A stretch of DNA of 64,000 nt from Botryllus schlosseri (Eukaryota), in the NCBI GenBank assembly GCA_051294905.1, contig CM119372.1, positions 16,990,001 to 17,054,000 on the forward strand, written 5' to 3'. The notes beneath the pieces are model-generated. The model was not told the origin of the DNA. It ran no database searches and saw only the letters and a list, made by a program, of their open reading frames with translations. Below are positions 14,486-27,680 of the stretch, in pieces (within the stretch, counting starts at the first letter, position 1; every line of letters begins with the position of its first letter). The position numbers and the translations under genes were made by a program.

Positions 14486-14816
14486 GTTGTAGGCCTATTG
14501 TCAGTTTGTCATACAGATATTGTGGCCGTATAATGATGTTCTGACAACGATGACCCACAGATATCGTTTGTGAAGGGTAGATCTGAATGGATGTGTTTAG
14601 GTCATATGTTTCTCATATATGTATATAGTGAATTAGTGATATGATGATCATTAATGCCTGATTGCCTGAGCATGAGCAACTCCTCGTGACGTGCTCCCCG
14701 TGCGTTTTTATTACATCATCGCCGTGTTACAGCATTTACGGCTTCCCCTCCCCACATTATTGTATGCCCCGCCAGGCAATCATCATATTCTGTCTCTCAG
14801 GCATATATCGTAAATG

Positions 14817-14822
14817 TTTATT
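14817..14822 (-). promoter_or_regulatory. Candidate polyadenylation signal of the Ly6-like gene
   Basis: AATAAA on the minus strand ~195 bp downstream of the stop codon. Confidence 0.45.
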
Positions 14823-15015
14823 TTCTTCATAACAGTATGTCAGTACTCAGGCATAATCTTTCATCCAGCAACCGAATTATTGATAACTGTGAAACCCGCT
14901 TGTGGTAGAATATTACAGAGATAGACATTGATTGACCAATAGCCTTGATAGCTACATGGGCCTACGCTGCCGAAGATGCGACGGTCATAGAAAGAGCGTC
15001 TTCGCCTTGATCATA

Positions 15016-15247
15016 TCAAAATACGTACGCTATTATGAAGAATGCAAATAGCGTGATCTGAAAATCTGCTAGCAGAACTAATCCTTCATTTCGTATGGTA
15101 GATGAAGCAAGATAGCCCATCGTGGATGACAAGCTGACATTATGCAAATAACGTTGGCTGGTGGCACCGTGATATTCGCGAACAGGTATTTTGAAATCAC
15201 TGGGTAGTGAACAATTTTCCTCTCCGCAGCACGTGATATTGCACGAT
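15016..15247 (-). CDS. Ly6/uPAR-like GPI-anchored protein, exon 3 (CCxxxNC motif and hydrophobic C-terminus)
   Basis: Acceptor tatttcttaag|; phase-compatible with exon 2; (E)SCNITCCGEENC...LVLLADFQITLFAFFIIAYVF*. Confidence 0.8.
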
Positions 15248-15326
15248 CTTAAGAAATAGATCAAAAAATTTCAGGCAAGAGATGGAAATTCTATGGCAAT
15301 ATATCCGGATACTACATATTTCTTAC

Positions 15327-15441
15327 TCTATGCGAGGGATGTTGTCTCCAAACAGGCCTTTGGTTGCGTGATTGGATATATCATCACATGATTGAGATCT
15401 GCACCCTTCCACATCTGTACATCGTCCGAGTTCAATATTAG
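15327..15441 (-). CDS. Ly6/uPAR-like protein, exon 2
   Basis: Acceptor ttgcaatttcag|, donor |gtaaga; open frame (A)NIELGRCTDVEGCRSQSCDDISNHATKGLFGDNIPRI. Confidence 0.8.
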
Positions 15442-15821
15442 CTGAAATTGCAAAGTGAAGGTCAGATGATAGTTGTCTTTTATCAATTTGCAAAATCTAT
15501 AAGATAGGCTATGATTTTCCTAAATTTCATTCACCAATAGCCAAGGATAAGGTCATATTATTTCTCAAATGTAATTACGACATCAAATAAAGTCATCACA
15601 GCCAGTGTAATTGTTAGACTGTTCAAGTGTTCGAGTGTTCGTATGTTAGTATCGGAGTGACTTCATATAACACCCGACTTGCAATGCAATATGTAGCCCT
15701 ATATGAAATTATATGCATGTATAGAGTTGTATGCTCCTATATATTACTTTTGAAAATAATACTGTATTAATATAGGTTTTGTAATATTGTGGCCCACAAT
15801 GGCATCAACAATTTGGCTTAC

Positions 15822-16020
15822 CCTGATCGCCCGCGAAAATCAGACTAACTTTTCCATTTATACACACTTCGGTGTTAGAGCAAATGGCAGAACTGATTTC
15901 ATCAACAATGTAGTGCCGAGACCAGACGCGTTGTCCAACTTTGCACGTAACGCCGATTACACTCACTTGAAAATAGCTAATGATAGCATAGAAACTGATA
16001 ATAACAAGTTGTCTCTCCAT
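15822..16020 (-). CDS. Ly6/uPAR-like protein, exon 1 (signal peptide and start of LU domain)
   Basis: accATGg start; MERQLVIISFYAIISYFQVSVIG-VTC...; donor |gtaagc; spliced CDS 546 nt = 181 aa with 10 Cys. Confidence 0.75.
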
Positions 16021-16037
16021 GGTCCCTTCCTCATTCT

Positions 16038-16074
16038 GAATGATGAGGTAGGACATCAGAAGCGTTCATTTATA
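16038..16074 (-). promoter_or_regulatory. Candidate core promoter (TATA + Inr) of the Ly6-like gene
   Basis: TATAAA at 16074-16069 and Inr-like TCATTC at 16043-16038 on the minus strand, ~30 bp apart, upstream of ATG 16020. Confidence 0.5.
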
Positions 16075-16499
16075 CTTCTAGCGTACTTAAATTATTCATA
16101 ATAGATTCATTAAAACAAAACCAGATAACCGAAGCTGTAGTTGTAAGCAAAACCAACATGATTTTAATTGAAAGGAAACACGAGTGATTTAGACGAAACA
16201 TAGTTCGTGAACCCGCATTCAGGTTCGGCTACCTGCTACAGGCATATTACCATATATTTTAGCAGCAGCAGCATACGTAGGGCTACCATATGTCAATATG
16301 ACGATTTGTTCTCTTTTTTTTCAAGAAAACTGAAATATTCTCGGAGGACGCCCAAATGTCCTATTCACGAATCGTCCTCTTTTATTACCGTGTCAGGTTT
16401 GTTTGTTTGTTTTGGGGTATTCATGGTGTTTGTCGACTACTATGGTCATTTACACCAGGCCGATATTCTTCTTATTTTCCGTAACTGCCGACTTATAGC

Positions 16500-16673
16500 A
16501 CGGCCCACCTCTAGGCTTTGGTAAGACACCGCTGATGCGGATGAGGTGGCGAGGAGGAGCCTAGGTAAACCTCCAACACTTAGGTATCGGAATTCGGAAG
16601 TCGACCTCGGTCGGACTCGAACCCGCACGCATTGGTGTTGCAGCCGCGGATCATACCACTGCGCTATCTCGCC
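16500..16673 (-). mobile_element. tRNA-derived SINE-like sequence (3' boundary uncertain)
   Basis: A box TAGCGCAGTGG and B box GGTTCGAGTCC at tRNA spacing, no acceptor-stem closure. Confidence 0.55.
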
Positions 16674-17254
16674 ACACAACCGTGTCAGGTGATGATATAG
16701 AGACAACTAAAAATGGTACTATCGGCAGCAAAGACACGGTAAAACCATTTTTCGTAAAATTCTTCCGTTTCATTTGTATATTATTGTCAGATTAAAAAAA
16801 CTAATCATAGTACGTCACCAATGAAGCTTTTTCTTTCCTATTAAAACTAAAAATTTATGAATATGAATTCCAATCTGAACCATCATATAACAACACGATA
16901 GAGACCGGCATGAAATGCAGTCGGAAGTCTAATTATGTCACGGGTTCTTTAAATGACCCCAATCCCTAGATCAGTGTTTCATTATCGGGGCTCCGCTGGT
17001 GGTCAAGACACACCAACTCAACTCATACATGACTCGTGATAACACGCCTATATCTTGGCCATCATTGGCTGCAGGCGATTAGGGCGTTAGGCGCAATCAG
17101 TGGTCGCATTGTGACTGTTGTGTCGGTTACCATATTTTGGGATCCGCAAAGGAGGATACTTTTTACGAATCACAAAAGTTAGATCACAGGACTAGAAAAC
17201 TGCTGAAATATTCTTGTGTTGACTATAAAAGCCCATTTTTCCGGCCCGACTCCC

Positions 17255-17630
17255 GGGGAGATAGCTTAGTGGTGAGCGGCGGCGCAAGCCAAGCTGGCGG
17301 CTCACACTTGATTCCCGCCGTTGGAGTTTATTCTGGGCTCCTCGTCACCCGTGTCGTCGTTCTTACGGCGACAGGAACAAAACATAAAGAAAGAAAAAGA
17401 GCAAGAAATATCTTCTAAAAAGGACCGAAAAAGAAAGAATAACATCGAAGAAGACTGTGACATCGGGCACTATGGCCGAGGTGGATGCCAGTTCAAGAGA
17501 CCCCAACTGGTTGGTCGTTCGGCATCCCCCTATCTCTTCATTACATCGCATTGTGTGTCTTTTATATCGCATTGTATATCGTGCGTGTGTCTAAAGCAGA
17601 TGAAAATATAATCTGTCGATTGATTGATTG
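17255..17630 (+). mobile_element. tRNA-derived SINE (homologous copy at 27290-27680)
   Basis: A box TAGCTTAGTGG, degenerate B box, shared body with second copy, (GATT)n tail. Confidence 0.7.
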
Positions 17631-18611
17631 AATATGTTTTAAAGACCCTCTCGAACATCCATATTACAGGTTTCGCGTCATTTATGGCGTTTTTAAGTTG
17701 TACACGTCCAGTGTCCCGGCTGTCAATTACAAAGGATGCAGCATTGCGAAAATGAGGACATGTCGGCGTCCTCGTAGGACATTTTCGATTTCCTGAAAAA
17801 GGAAGACATATGGTAACCCTACTGTTGTGATGCTACGTCGTGTGCAGTGGCCTACCCATAGGAGGGCGTGGTTCGAAGTCGTCGAGACCTCGTCAGTTTA
17901 AAATATAGATTATAACTGAAATATTTAGCAGCTCATTTTCAATTAAGCTATACAGGTATCACGCCGTTGCGTTTCGACAGAACAATATAACGGCACTTTC
18001 TGACCTAACGCGAAGCCTTACATTTCAAACTTGTCTCTGAAAGGCAATATCAAAATGCACCCTGATTTGCAAGAAATATTCACTATATACTGCTTTCATT
18101 TTGTGTGAAAATTACATTTTAATGTTTTTTCTGATGTCTCTGATTTCGCACAACAGTAAAGCAATGCGGAGCATAGTTACTTCAAGTAGCGTACCAGAAA
18201 AAATATTTTGCGGGGCGAAAAATTCGATGACGTAAAGGAACCCCCCTCGTTAAAGATAAGGAATAAATAAGTAAAAGAACGAGGTTTTGGGTCCTTATTG
18301 GATGATTAACACTACATATGGGCCGATTGTTATACATATATTTTACTCACAGACATGAATTAATGTAATAATATGATGATCGTGGAAAACTTGGGCGTCA
18401 ACACTTTCGCGCGAAGCGCGAACATTTTTCATGGTTAATGAATGAAATTGGTTCATTATATTGTTACTTGCATATTGCAAATACGTTTGCATTATCAGAT
18501 TTACTGGCAAGGCTGATAGAAGAGGTGTCATCGAACATTCAGGAGCACCTAATTATACATCTTGAACTATATGTTCATACCACACGGCTAGACTATTTAG
18601 AGTTTCTAGAG

Positions 18612-20013
18612 CAGTGGTTCTCAACCTTTTTTGCTTAGCGGACCCCTTTTGACCGTCACGGACCCTCGCGGACTCCCTCAAGTTTTAGTTCAATTTTAGC
18701 TCTATTATGGTGCAACCTTCATCTGTCTTATGCAAATATGAACTGTAGGCTTGTGATAGACAGCACAATAATGATTTTTCTTGAGGATAACATCATACTA
18801 TTTATGTAGGAATTGGTGGACTTTTATTATTTCAAAGCTAATTTTGCTGCTGTATTTCTTGAAGTACGTGGTCGTGTCTTGAAAATCCGCGTCTTCGTTT
18901 TGATATGAACGAGGAGTGCCAAAAACCATTCCCGCAAAGATAGATGGAAGCTAATGCAATATTAACGCATAACGCTTCCGCCGATACTTTTGGTGTGATC
19001 GCAACATTTATGGCACCAAAATATGAAGAAACACATATTTTATGAACATATCACGTCCAGCATCTAGCGCAGGGACGGGTAACATACGGACCGCGGGCCG
19101 GATTCGGCCCGCAGAGACTTTCTACCGTCAAAGTGAAATCCTAATCTAAAAGTATAGACAAATTTTATGCTCCAAAGAATGGATCCACGTTTTCCAACCG
19201 GAGAAAGACTGCCATGAAACGACTTGTTCTGTTCGGGTTTACATATATATTTACGAGCAAACATTTTCGAACATGAACAGCTGATTATTAACAAGACAAG
19301 GCTGCATACTAATATATCTGGTGTTATGAATTTCAGGGTTGGAGCGTAATGCTTTGATAGCAACGAAACACTCCTTGCTCATAAAAAAAATCAGCCTTGT
19401 CGATAGGGCATCCGCAATAAGAATGCACCAAATCTGATAGCCGAGCTTTATGAGCAGGTATATCATTGTCCGATTTATGACGAGTGTCAGCCGAAAATAT
19501 TCGGGTCCATTTCAATATGAATAGGCCTACACTATTCAATTGTATATTAAAGTTCTGTACCTTCAAGCAGCTGTTCCTTGCATTGGGACAAATTATGGAA
19601 ATACTTCGGAAATATTTATTTCAAACGACTGTTCACTAATTTGATGAGACTGACATTGTCAAATCGAGAAGGTTTCAAAGACATTACGAAGTCACCCTGA
19701 TTGACGTTACTATCTGCATAATTTTATTTTTTCCACAAACCGCAACAAAACGTCTCTAAACATTAATATGTTTGTATCAGCAGCTTATTGGAATATTGGC
19801 AAGGAAAATAAGTTTCCATACTACGATAGTCCATGTCAGACCATTATTATGATGATATGAGTCATGAGGTTTTAGCAGTTGCGGAGCGAAACTGCCTAAT
19901 GCTTTCTCAAATTAAAAAATAAAATAAAAATTAGGTTATTAACCATTTTAAAAATTTAGAGGTTTCGCGGACCCCCTGAAATTGCTTCGCGGACCCCCGG
20001 TTGAGAACCGCTG
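18612..20013 (-). mobile_element. Non-autonomous hAT element with transposase remnant and a small Penelope fragment (~19478-19575)
   Basis: TIRs CAGTGGTTCTCAACC/GGTTGAGAACCGCTG; exact TSD TTCTAGAG; minus-strand ASIYLCGNGF..VHIKTKTR remnant. Confidence 0.8.
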
Positions 20014-20165
20014 TTCTAGAGGGTGGGCGCCGGACGGGACAGTTGTCAATTACTGCTGTTACTTCATGACTTGCGGAGAAATCTGTCACCACTCATGAGA
20101 TCGTGCACACGCATGGTCGTAGCCAAAAAAAAAATGGGGGAGGGGGATTTTTCATGAGTTTAGGG

Positions 20166-20352
20166 TATGGTTACCATGCGTCCTCCTTTAGAATGATTTG
20201 TCCTCGTTTGTAGGGTTTTTGAAAATGTCCTACGAGAACGCCTAAATGTCCTCCTTTCTGGCAATTCATTTTCCTTTACAGTTTTGAGAAACTAACTTTC
20301 CTGAGTTTGTAAAAGTGTCCTCCTTTCCCGATTCCAAAATATGATAACCCTA
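20166..20352. mobile_element. Small hAT MITE
   Basis: Degenerate TAGGGTTACCAT-type TIRs; exact TSD GTTTAGGG. Confidence 0.7.
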
Positions 20353-20870
20353 GTTTAGGGGAGCTCCCCCGCGGTAACACTTGTCTGAACAGTACAGCAA
20401 GCCATGGTCAATTTCATCCCTACCCTTTATACATACGATTCTGAGACGCACACACCCACATACCCTATGGATCTTCCAGTTGCCAACTATAGCTTGAATT
20501 AGGCGATCGTTTCACGGACGAGCCCATATCGCTGACATTAAGTGATGAACAATTAGTGTGAATTTCTGGCCTAGTCGCCCGGAGCGTGAAAGTTTTTGAA
20601 TAAATGAAAGAATTTCATCAATAAAATTGGTGCGTGCATATGAGCACGTGGTGTCCATTCTTATTAATTACTTCGTTGAAGCACTGTTCTTCAGTAATCT
20701 CTGGTAAAGATTGACGCTACTTTAAAGATTGAAATCGCTAAGACATACCAGACCAAATTAAAAAAAAAACATTTGATCAGACTCCTGCGATTTCTAATTA
20801 GCACTTTTTAACGGGGGGGGGGGCGATATTTTCCAGTGCCAGTCGCATTGATGTCGGAGGTGTCTTATTG

Positions 20871-21254
20871 TAGGCTTACCATATTTTGAAAATGCAAAAA
20901 GAGGACACTTTTTCAGAAATCTGCACGATACAAAACCGGAGTAGAATTCTCAAAAACCGGTGAATTTTCCCCACTTTGCGGTCGGTTGACTAAAAAAAAA
21001 AAAAAAAAAAATAAAAAGGTCATCACTTCGCTCAGAGCTGAAATCACCGCTTTTCCTCCGAAATAACCGCCGGAGCTTCACTTCTGCGATAATTTGCGGC
21101 ATATCACTCGCAATTTCCTCTATATCTGACCTAAATTTTCAAAAAAGAGGACAAAATCTCAAAAAAGAGGACAAAACGGCGTCCTCCGAGGACACTTTCA
21201 AAAAAGTCAAAAAAGAGGACAAATCCTCTTAAAAGAGGACGTATGGTAAGCCTA
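20871..21254. mobile_element. hAT MITE (TIR TAGGCTTACCATA; AAAAAGAGGAC subterminal repeats)
   Basis: Perfect TIRs; exact TSD TCTTATTG. Confidence 0.85.
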
Positions 21255-22456
21255 TCTTATTGCATTAGGCGCCAGCCATTTAAGCACCTGAAAATCTATA
21301 TCGAAGGCTTCGGAAAACACGCGTCGGTTTTATACCCGTCAATCATTTTGGGAGCGCACTTCGCGGATGAGTCGCATGTAGCCTACTAACAGTCCCTAAC
21401 CCCCAAGCTGAACTGACACCCCTAGACTCAATCAACCCAACGACCTCGGGCTACTCTGGTGTATCTACTGGTACTGTTGTATTCTCGTAATTGAGAATTC
21501 AGCTAAATGCAATAATGGGTATTTGATGGAAAAAAAATCGGGATACCGAAAATAAAATCAAGACATTTAAGGACACTAAATCGCGCTAAGCGCGAAGAAA
21601 AATTTTAGGTTGCATTCATCTGCCCCAAAATACTGTAATATCTATTGATTTTAGGAAAATTTTCTAAAAATTGGAGGGGAGCGAACGGCACTTTCGCCCC
21701 CCTCCCCCCACTACGTAGGGACGTATGGATGCGAGAGAAACTGACGTCTGAATGAGCGAAAAATTGAAGAAGTCGTCCCCAAGATTACCAAAGACATGAA
21801 CACTACAAACATTCGTGTATTGGTGCACATAGCCTGAAAAAGGCGAGAAGCGCCACTATAAAATGTGACATAATAATAATAATAATAATCACTTAATATA
21901 AACTCTATCTCCAATTCTGTTTTAAAAGTTCCATTTTCCTGTTCATATACTCCCTTCTCTTGCAATTATCGTTCAGTGACAATTTCATGGCCAACTCAGC
22001 AGTTATTGCTTACAATACATATTACTCGGAACGCCGCGAACTGCGAACCCCTAAAAGGTTCTGGTTCTTGTGAACGCTAAACTTTTTGAAAAGTTCTGTG
22101 TGAACGCGAACATATGACGTCACGTGACGTCATATCGCTAATTCCAATCCTATATTTCCGTAAAGCAGCGGTCGGACCCCCTCTCTTCAAAATCATCAAA
22201 TTTAAGTTACTGTCACGCCGGCGGCCAATATCACTCGCGAATTCTATGCGCCAGTATTGTTTGTGTTATACTGGAACCGAACCTCGGCACCTATTAATTG
22301 GTAGGCTAATGATTAGTTCTCTGATTGCGTCGTTTATTTAGTAGCCTTACATAACGACTACTCGTGCTGTTAGGATGTCTCTTCTGTAATGAACGTTTAT
22401 CGTGTGACGACATCGTTTCGTGGTGCAACAGGGAGTACAGGCTCAGTATCCTGGCG

Positions 22457-22512
22457 TGGTGGCAGCGATGGGATTCGAACCCACGCCATCGAAATTACTG
22501 GTGACTCAAACC
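22457..22512 (-). pseudogene. 5'-truncated tRNA-Leu retrocopy including CCA tail
   Basis: Minus strand ...CACCAGTAATTTCGATGGCGTGGGTTCGAATCCCATCGCTGCCA-CCA matches the 3' half of a eukaryotic tRNA-Leu; flanked by exact 8-bp repeat TCCTGGCG. Confidence 0.8.
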
Positions 22513-23078
22513 TCCTGGCGATGTATCCGAATCGAAATCACGAATTGTTCGATACGTTGAATCGAAGAGCACAGCAGATACGGCGACGCCCATTTCAAAA
22601 CGCAGTTTTCAAATACACATTGTCTTCCTGATCTGACACGAGGAATCCCATGTAGTGAGTTCGAATTAGTGCTACGATGACGTCACGAATTTCCAATTGT
22701 GACGTAACAGTTGATTGGCATGTATGGCTCTTCAGGAGCTGAGATGGAAAAAATAGGGTCAATATGACTCTTCGGGCAAAAAAGGTTCCCGACCACTGCC
22801 GTAAAGGAATAGATTAATTTACATGATAACTTAACGACGACTCGGGTCATATTATGCAACAATGCTGAAGTACATGCTGAATTTATATATGTCACCTAAT
22901 GTATCAACTGGAACAATCAAATGCTATTACTATAATTCCACAAAATCAATATATCTTCCGCTGCTTTGCCAGCAATTTCGACGAGGACTCTGCTAGACTG
23001 AACAGATGAAAGAAGCACCGGTTTCAATACTTGCGATAAACATTATCTCAAAAACATGTTATACAGTACAGTAGCCAA

Positions 23079-24082
23079 TAGGGATGGTGTGAACGTGAGG
23101 TTCACGTTCGCGTTCTGTGTGTGAACCCTCGGAAATTTAGAGGTTCGCGTTCACAACAGAACCTTGGTAGGTTCTGCACTGTGAACCTTTTTCATATATT
23201 ACAATTTTCATTTCATTATAACATCTTTGGTTCATAATTATTGCATTTCAACTGCGCGCCACTCTATGCATGGTGCTGGCAGCATTAAAAATCAACACTA
23301 AACGAGCATGCACCTTGACAATCTCAAACGTTTTACTTGCTTTGTTATAAAAATTTGCGCGAAATATCCAGCTTTCCGTTTGTGAATATTTAGTGACTCT
23401 CTGTTGTGAGTTTGACCCGCAAGCACACAACATCATGAGCGAAATACGTATACTCAGCGAATGATTCTTATTCAACCAATCAATGAGGTTGATATCGTTT
23501 TCTGATGAAACATAATCTTGCAGGCGTACGCGGTCAATCTTGACTCCATATCTTTACTGCATCATTAAAACTAAAACGTGCAATTGAGGTGTTGGCTACT
23601 GCTGATAGTGTATAACTTGTTAATGCGGTAATATTTAAAGCAAGTATAGAAAGCCCTTTTACACTCAGCTCAATATCAATGTATGTATAGCGATACTCAG
23701 ACGCCGAATTCATTGTCCGGTCTGGTCTAGACCGTTGATGCGTAAGCTTATATTCCCTGGTAAGTCCTCGTCGAAATTGTTGGCAAAGCGATGGAAGATA
23801 TTGATTTTATGGGAGTATTATATCCTTTAATAACTTCAGTTGATACATTTAGCGCAGTTTAAAACGCCAATACGTACTTTGGCATTGTGACATTATGTGG
23901 CCCGAGTCATCGCTAAGTATCGTGTATAATTGTACATTAATATAGGCTATCACTTCATTGAAAGATAGGGTTGGAATTAGTAATATGACGTCATGAGGTT
24001 CACGTTCGTAATCACACAGAACCTTTCGAAAAGGTTCGCGTTCACACGAACCTGAACCTTTCAGAGGTTCACACCATCCCTA
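23079..24082 (+). mobile_element. MITE family A, intact ~1-kb copy
   Basis: Perfect TIRs; exact TSD GTAGCCAA (23071-23078, 24083-24090). Confidence 0.9.
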
Positions 24083-25674
24083 GTAGCCAACACCCCAACC
24101 CCAGATTTGGTTTTTATGATACAATATGGATATCAAATCAAGATAGATCACGTACGCCTGATCGATTTTTACATTAGACATCGATGCATTCTTTATGTCA
24201 ATTTCGTTGATGTAAATAATTGATTGGTTGACTAAGCACAATTCGCCGATTTCCTACGACCAACTAGTCTGGTTCGTTCTTGCTGTCGTGTGATTTCGAG
24301 CAAAGCTCACAGCAGAGAGTCACTAAAGATTCACAAACGGAAAGCAAACTTCCGAGCGATAATTTTTGAAATTGGCAAGGTGCATGCTCGTTTAGTGCTG
24401 AATTTCGTTTCATGCTGCCAGCGCCATGCAGGGAGTGGTCCGAAATTGACATGCAAAGAACTTCAACCAAAGACGTTACAGTGACCTGAAAAATTATAAT
24501 ACATGAAAAAGGTTCACAGTGCAGAACCTAACAAGGTTCGTTTGTGAACGCGAACCTCCAAATTTTTAGAGGTGACTCACACACAGAACGCGAACATGGA
24601 CCTCACGTTCAGGCCATCCGTAATACAAATGGAAGAGCCGTATATTCACCATTGTTGGCCATGCAATGAGTGCGAGCTACGCTACCGTGATTTATTATGA
24701 AGTTCATTGTTCAACATAATGATATATCATTGATCGACGGCTATGAACATTATTGCGGGTGAAATGTTTGATTCGGGAGTTCAATTGTAAGTTCTAACAT
24801 AGTGTAGAGTGTAGTGCAGCCTTTTCCTAAATTTTACAAGTGTTACGTAAACCATAAGGAAAGAAGCAACACGAAAACAATAGGCATATTGTTAATACCT
24901 GATAGAATGCATCAATTTATAATCAGTTTGAACCTCTCTAGCAAAATGGCGAAATGCATTTTATGAGCAATCAATCGCAAGCCGCAGTTTGCCCAATCCT
25001 GCTGGATGGAAACAGTCACTTTTTGTGTCTTTAATTGTTACGATGACACACTTTGCTACATTGGCTTTATTTTGAATGTGGATCACTCATATGACGTACG
25101 TAGGCTACGTTAATTGCGGCAAATAAATAAACATAATGAACGAATGTCCGGTTCAGTTTATACCGCCTATGATTTTAATCCACGGATTAACATTCAAAAG
25201 TGGGTTTTATGTTCTGAATTTCCGGTATCTTTTCGCGGGCCGCATATTGCACAGGTCTGAGTTAGCGTGAAGTCAATTGCCAGAGATTGTTGCGTTACAT
25301 TACCGTAAAAAGCCATACCGCATTTGGGCAAATACCAAGGACTTCAGAAAGGAGATCGTATTATATATTTCCCTGTCACTACGCCGAATATCGACCCAAC
25401 TCTGTTGAATACGACTGTTTGCTAATTAACATACGTCATACAAGGAAACCATTGCTATGGTATTAGACAAAATACACTTCATGCTTTATGCTAGTGTCGC
25501 TGAGGAGTGAGTCAACCAGGATATTGAGATTGAACAGGTCGATCTTTCGGACAAAGAAATACGAGTGTCATATGTTGCTCATGCTTGTCTTGCTCAGAAA
25601 TGGCCGGTACATGCTCGCATTTTGTGATGTACTGAGCATGCAACGCGGGCCGGATGTTTGACACCACTCTAGTC

Positions 25675-26811
25675 TAGGGTTGCCATACGTCCGGAATTTC
25701 TCGGACATGTCCGGAATTTCACTGTTCAAACTTGCGTCCGGGAGGAATTTCTAAAATATGCCCAAATGTCCAGAATTTCGAAGGATGGACGTAGGCTAAT
25801 AATTATTTTCGTAAATTTTCATAATAACATTATTTTGGGGAATATTTATGCTACATGATATTTTTCGTCGCGCTGCGAGCGATTTACTATCACATTTATT
25901 GATTTTAATATGGGGGCTATCACCCTCGCAAATGCAATAAAATATATATAAAAATAACCTTCATTTACTGAAATAAGCCTAATTGTAATCGCAATTATAA
26001 GAGAACGGTATATTCCTAGAGATGGTTAAGGCCGTTTAAATGCTTCATTCGAAGATAGTGGTTCCAAACGTGGGGGTCGTTTGTATTAATTCTGGGGTTC
26101 GCGAAGATGTTGAGCGTAATCAGCTTCCAAAATAACCCGTGAGTAAGTCTGGGCAAAGGTCCTGACTTCTTTTAGTATAGCTCGTCAAATTTTGATCTGG
26201 GCGACGGAACATTTTCAAATTGGAGATGGAGTCGCTGCCATAAAAGGTTGGAAACCACTGGATGTGGGGTGTTTATAAAGTTCCGTGGTGAGCTCCAGCT
26301 TAAAGCTGATAAACAATCTTATCGGTGTGATATGAGCATGACTTGACGATGTACAATTGTACACTCCCTGTGTTTTCGAAGTCATTATCCTCCACCAGAT
26401 CTATCGCTAACTCTGATCATGTGGGCGGAGAGAGGTTCAAACTATACAGTAATATGGAAGAACCAATATTTTTGACAGAATTCATTCAAAAAATAGAACG
26501 ACCAGATGCATATAGAAACCAGATGCATATAGCAAGCCCCTTCAGAAGTTGCATCGATTACCCGATGGTGGGCCAAAAATGATTGTTTATTTGGGCTGGA
26601 AGGGGTTGTAAAAATGTGGTTTCGGTCCCGGTTACACAACACAAAGCCACATACTCTTGAACCGGATCGCGCCCATCTCTGGTCTATATAAGCAAAGCTT
26701 TGCTAGTGTTACGTCATATTGACAGACAATGTGCTCCTAACTCATTTTGAAATCCACTAGTGGGCGCTAAAGAGCGTCCGGAATTGGGGTCAGAGAAATA
26801 TGGTAACCCTA
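25675..26811. mobile_element. hAT MITE (TIR TAGGGTTGCCATA)
   Basis: TIRs; exact TSD CTCTAGTC. Confidence 0.8.
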
Positions 26812-27289
26812 CTCTAGTCTACAATTTATCGAAATAGTCGATTACGCTAGTTTAGCAAGTCAAAATAGCAGTTATTTTATTCGGCAAATATGCATACTAC
26901 AATTTTGAAAACAGAACGACTGTAACAGAAGTGACGCTTCATCGTATTGATCTAATTACTTGAGTACTTTTGTCTGGTCTGCCGTATGCCACTTTTACTT
27001 TAGGTAATTTTGACATGCTCTGAAAATCGCTATTTCACTTCTAATTGTATAGACATTCATTCAGCTCATTACTTCTCCGAGTACCAATGACTACCATAAG
27101 TATGAGGTTATGGGGAACGAAGTAGGCTACTTTTGCTTTTTAGAGTAGGCCTACTCAAGTATAGATGTTTCCTACTACTACAGATAACTCAAGTTCATGT
27201 TTTAGGCTACTTCCACTACTACTGAACAGTTTATTAAAGCAAAACTACTTACTTTTAGACGTTGGATTTTGTAAAGTAGTTCTGCATTT

Positions 27290-27680
27290 AAATCGCCTAA
27301 TTGTGAGCGTCGGTGCCATGTACGCAAGCGGTCCAGGTTCAAGTCCCGCCGTCGGAGGTCATTCTGGGCTCCTCGTCCCCCGAGTTCGCTCTTCGCTGTT
27401 CTTACGGCGACAAAAAAGCCCAGATAAAAAAGACCCGATAAATGAAGAAAGAGCAAGAAATAGCTTCTAAAAAGAGCCGACGAAGAAAGATTAACATTGA
27501 AGAAGACTGTGACATCGGGCACTTAGTCAAGGTGACTTCCAGTTCATGAGACCCCAACCGGTCGGTCGTTTGGCATCCCCCTATCGGTTCAATACATCGC
27601 ATTGTGTGTCTTGTATATCGTATTGTACATCGTGTGTATCTTGGGCAGATGAAATACAATCTGACGTTTAATTTGATTAG
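27290..27680 (+). mobile_element. tRNA-derived SINE, second copy
   Basis: B box GGTTCAAGTCC; body homologous to 17255-17630. Confidence 0.7.

Larger units (their letters stand above)
22045..24622 (-). mobile_element. Degraded MITE family A copy hosting further insertions
   Basis: Family A segments at ~22045-22160, ~22830-23070 and 24091-24622 in reverse orientation. Confidence 0.6.

Noticed and set aside
16278..17821. Single MITE bounded by TAGGGCTACCATA/TATGGTAACCCTA
   Set aside because: No matching TSD and an extra internal terminus near 17125; probably fragments of separate copies
22457..22512. Functional tRNA gene
   Set aside because: 5' half (acceptor 5' strand, D arm, A box) is missing
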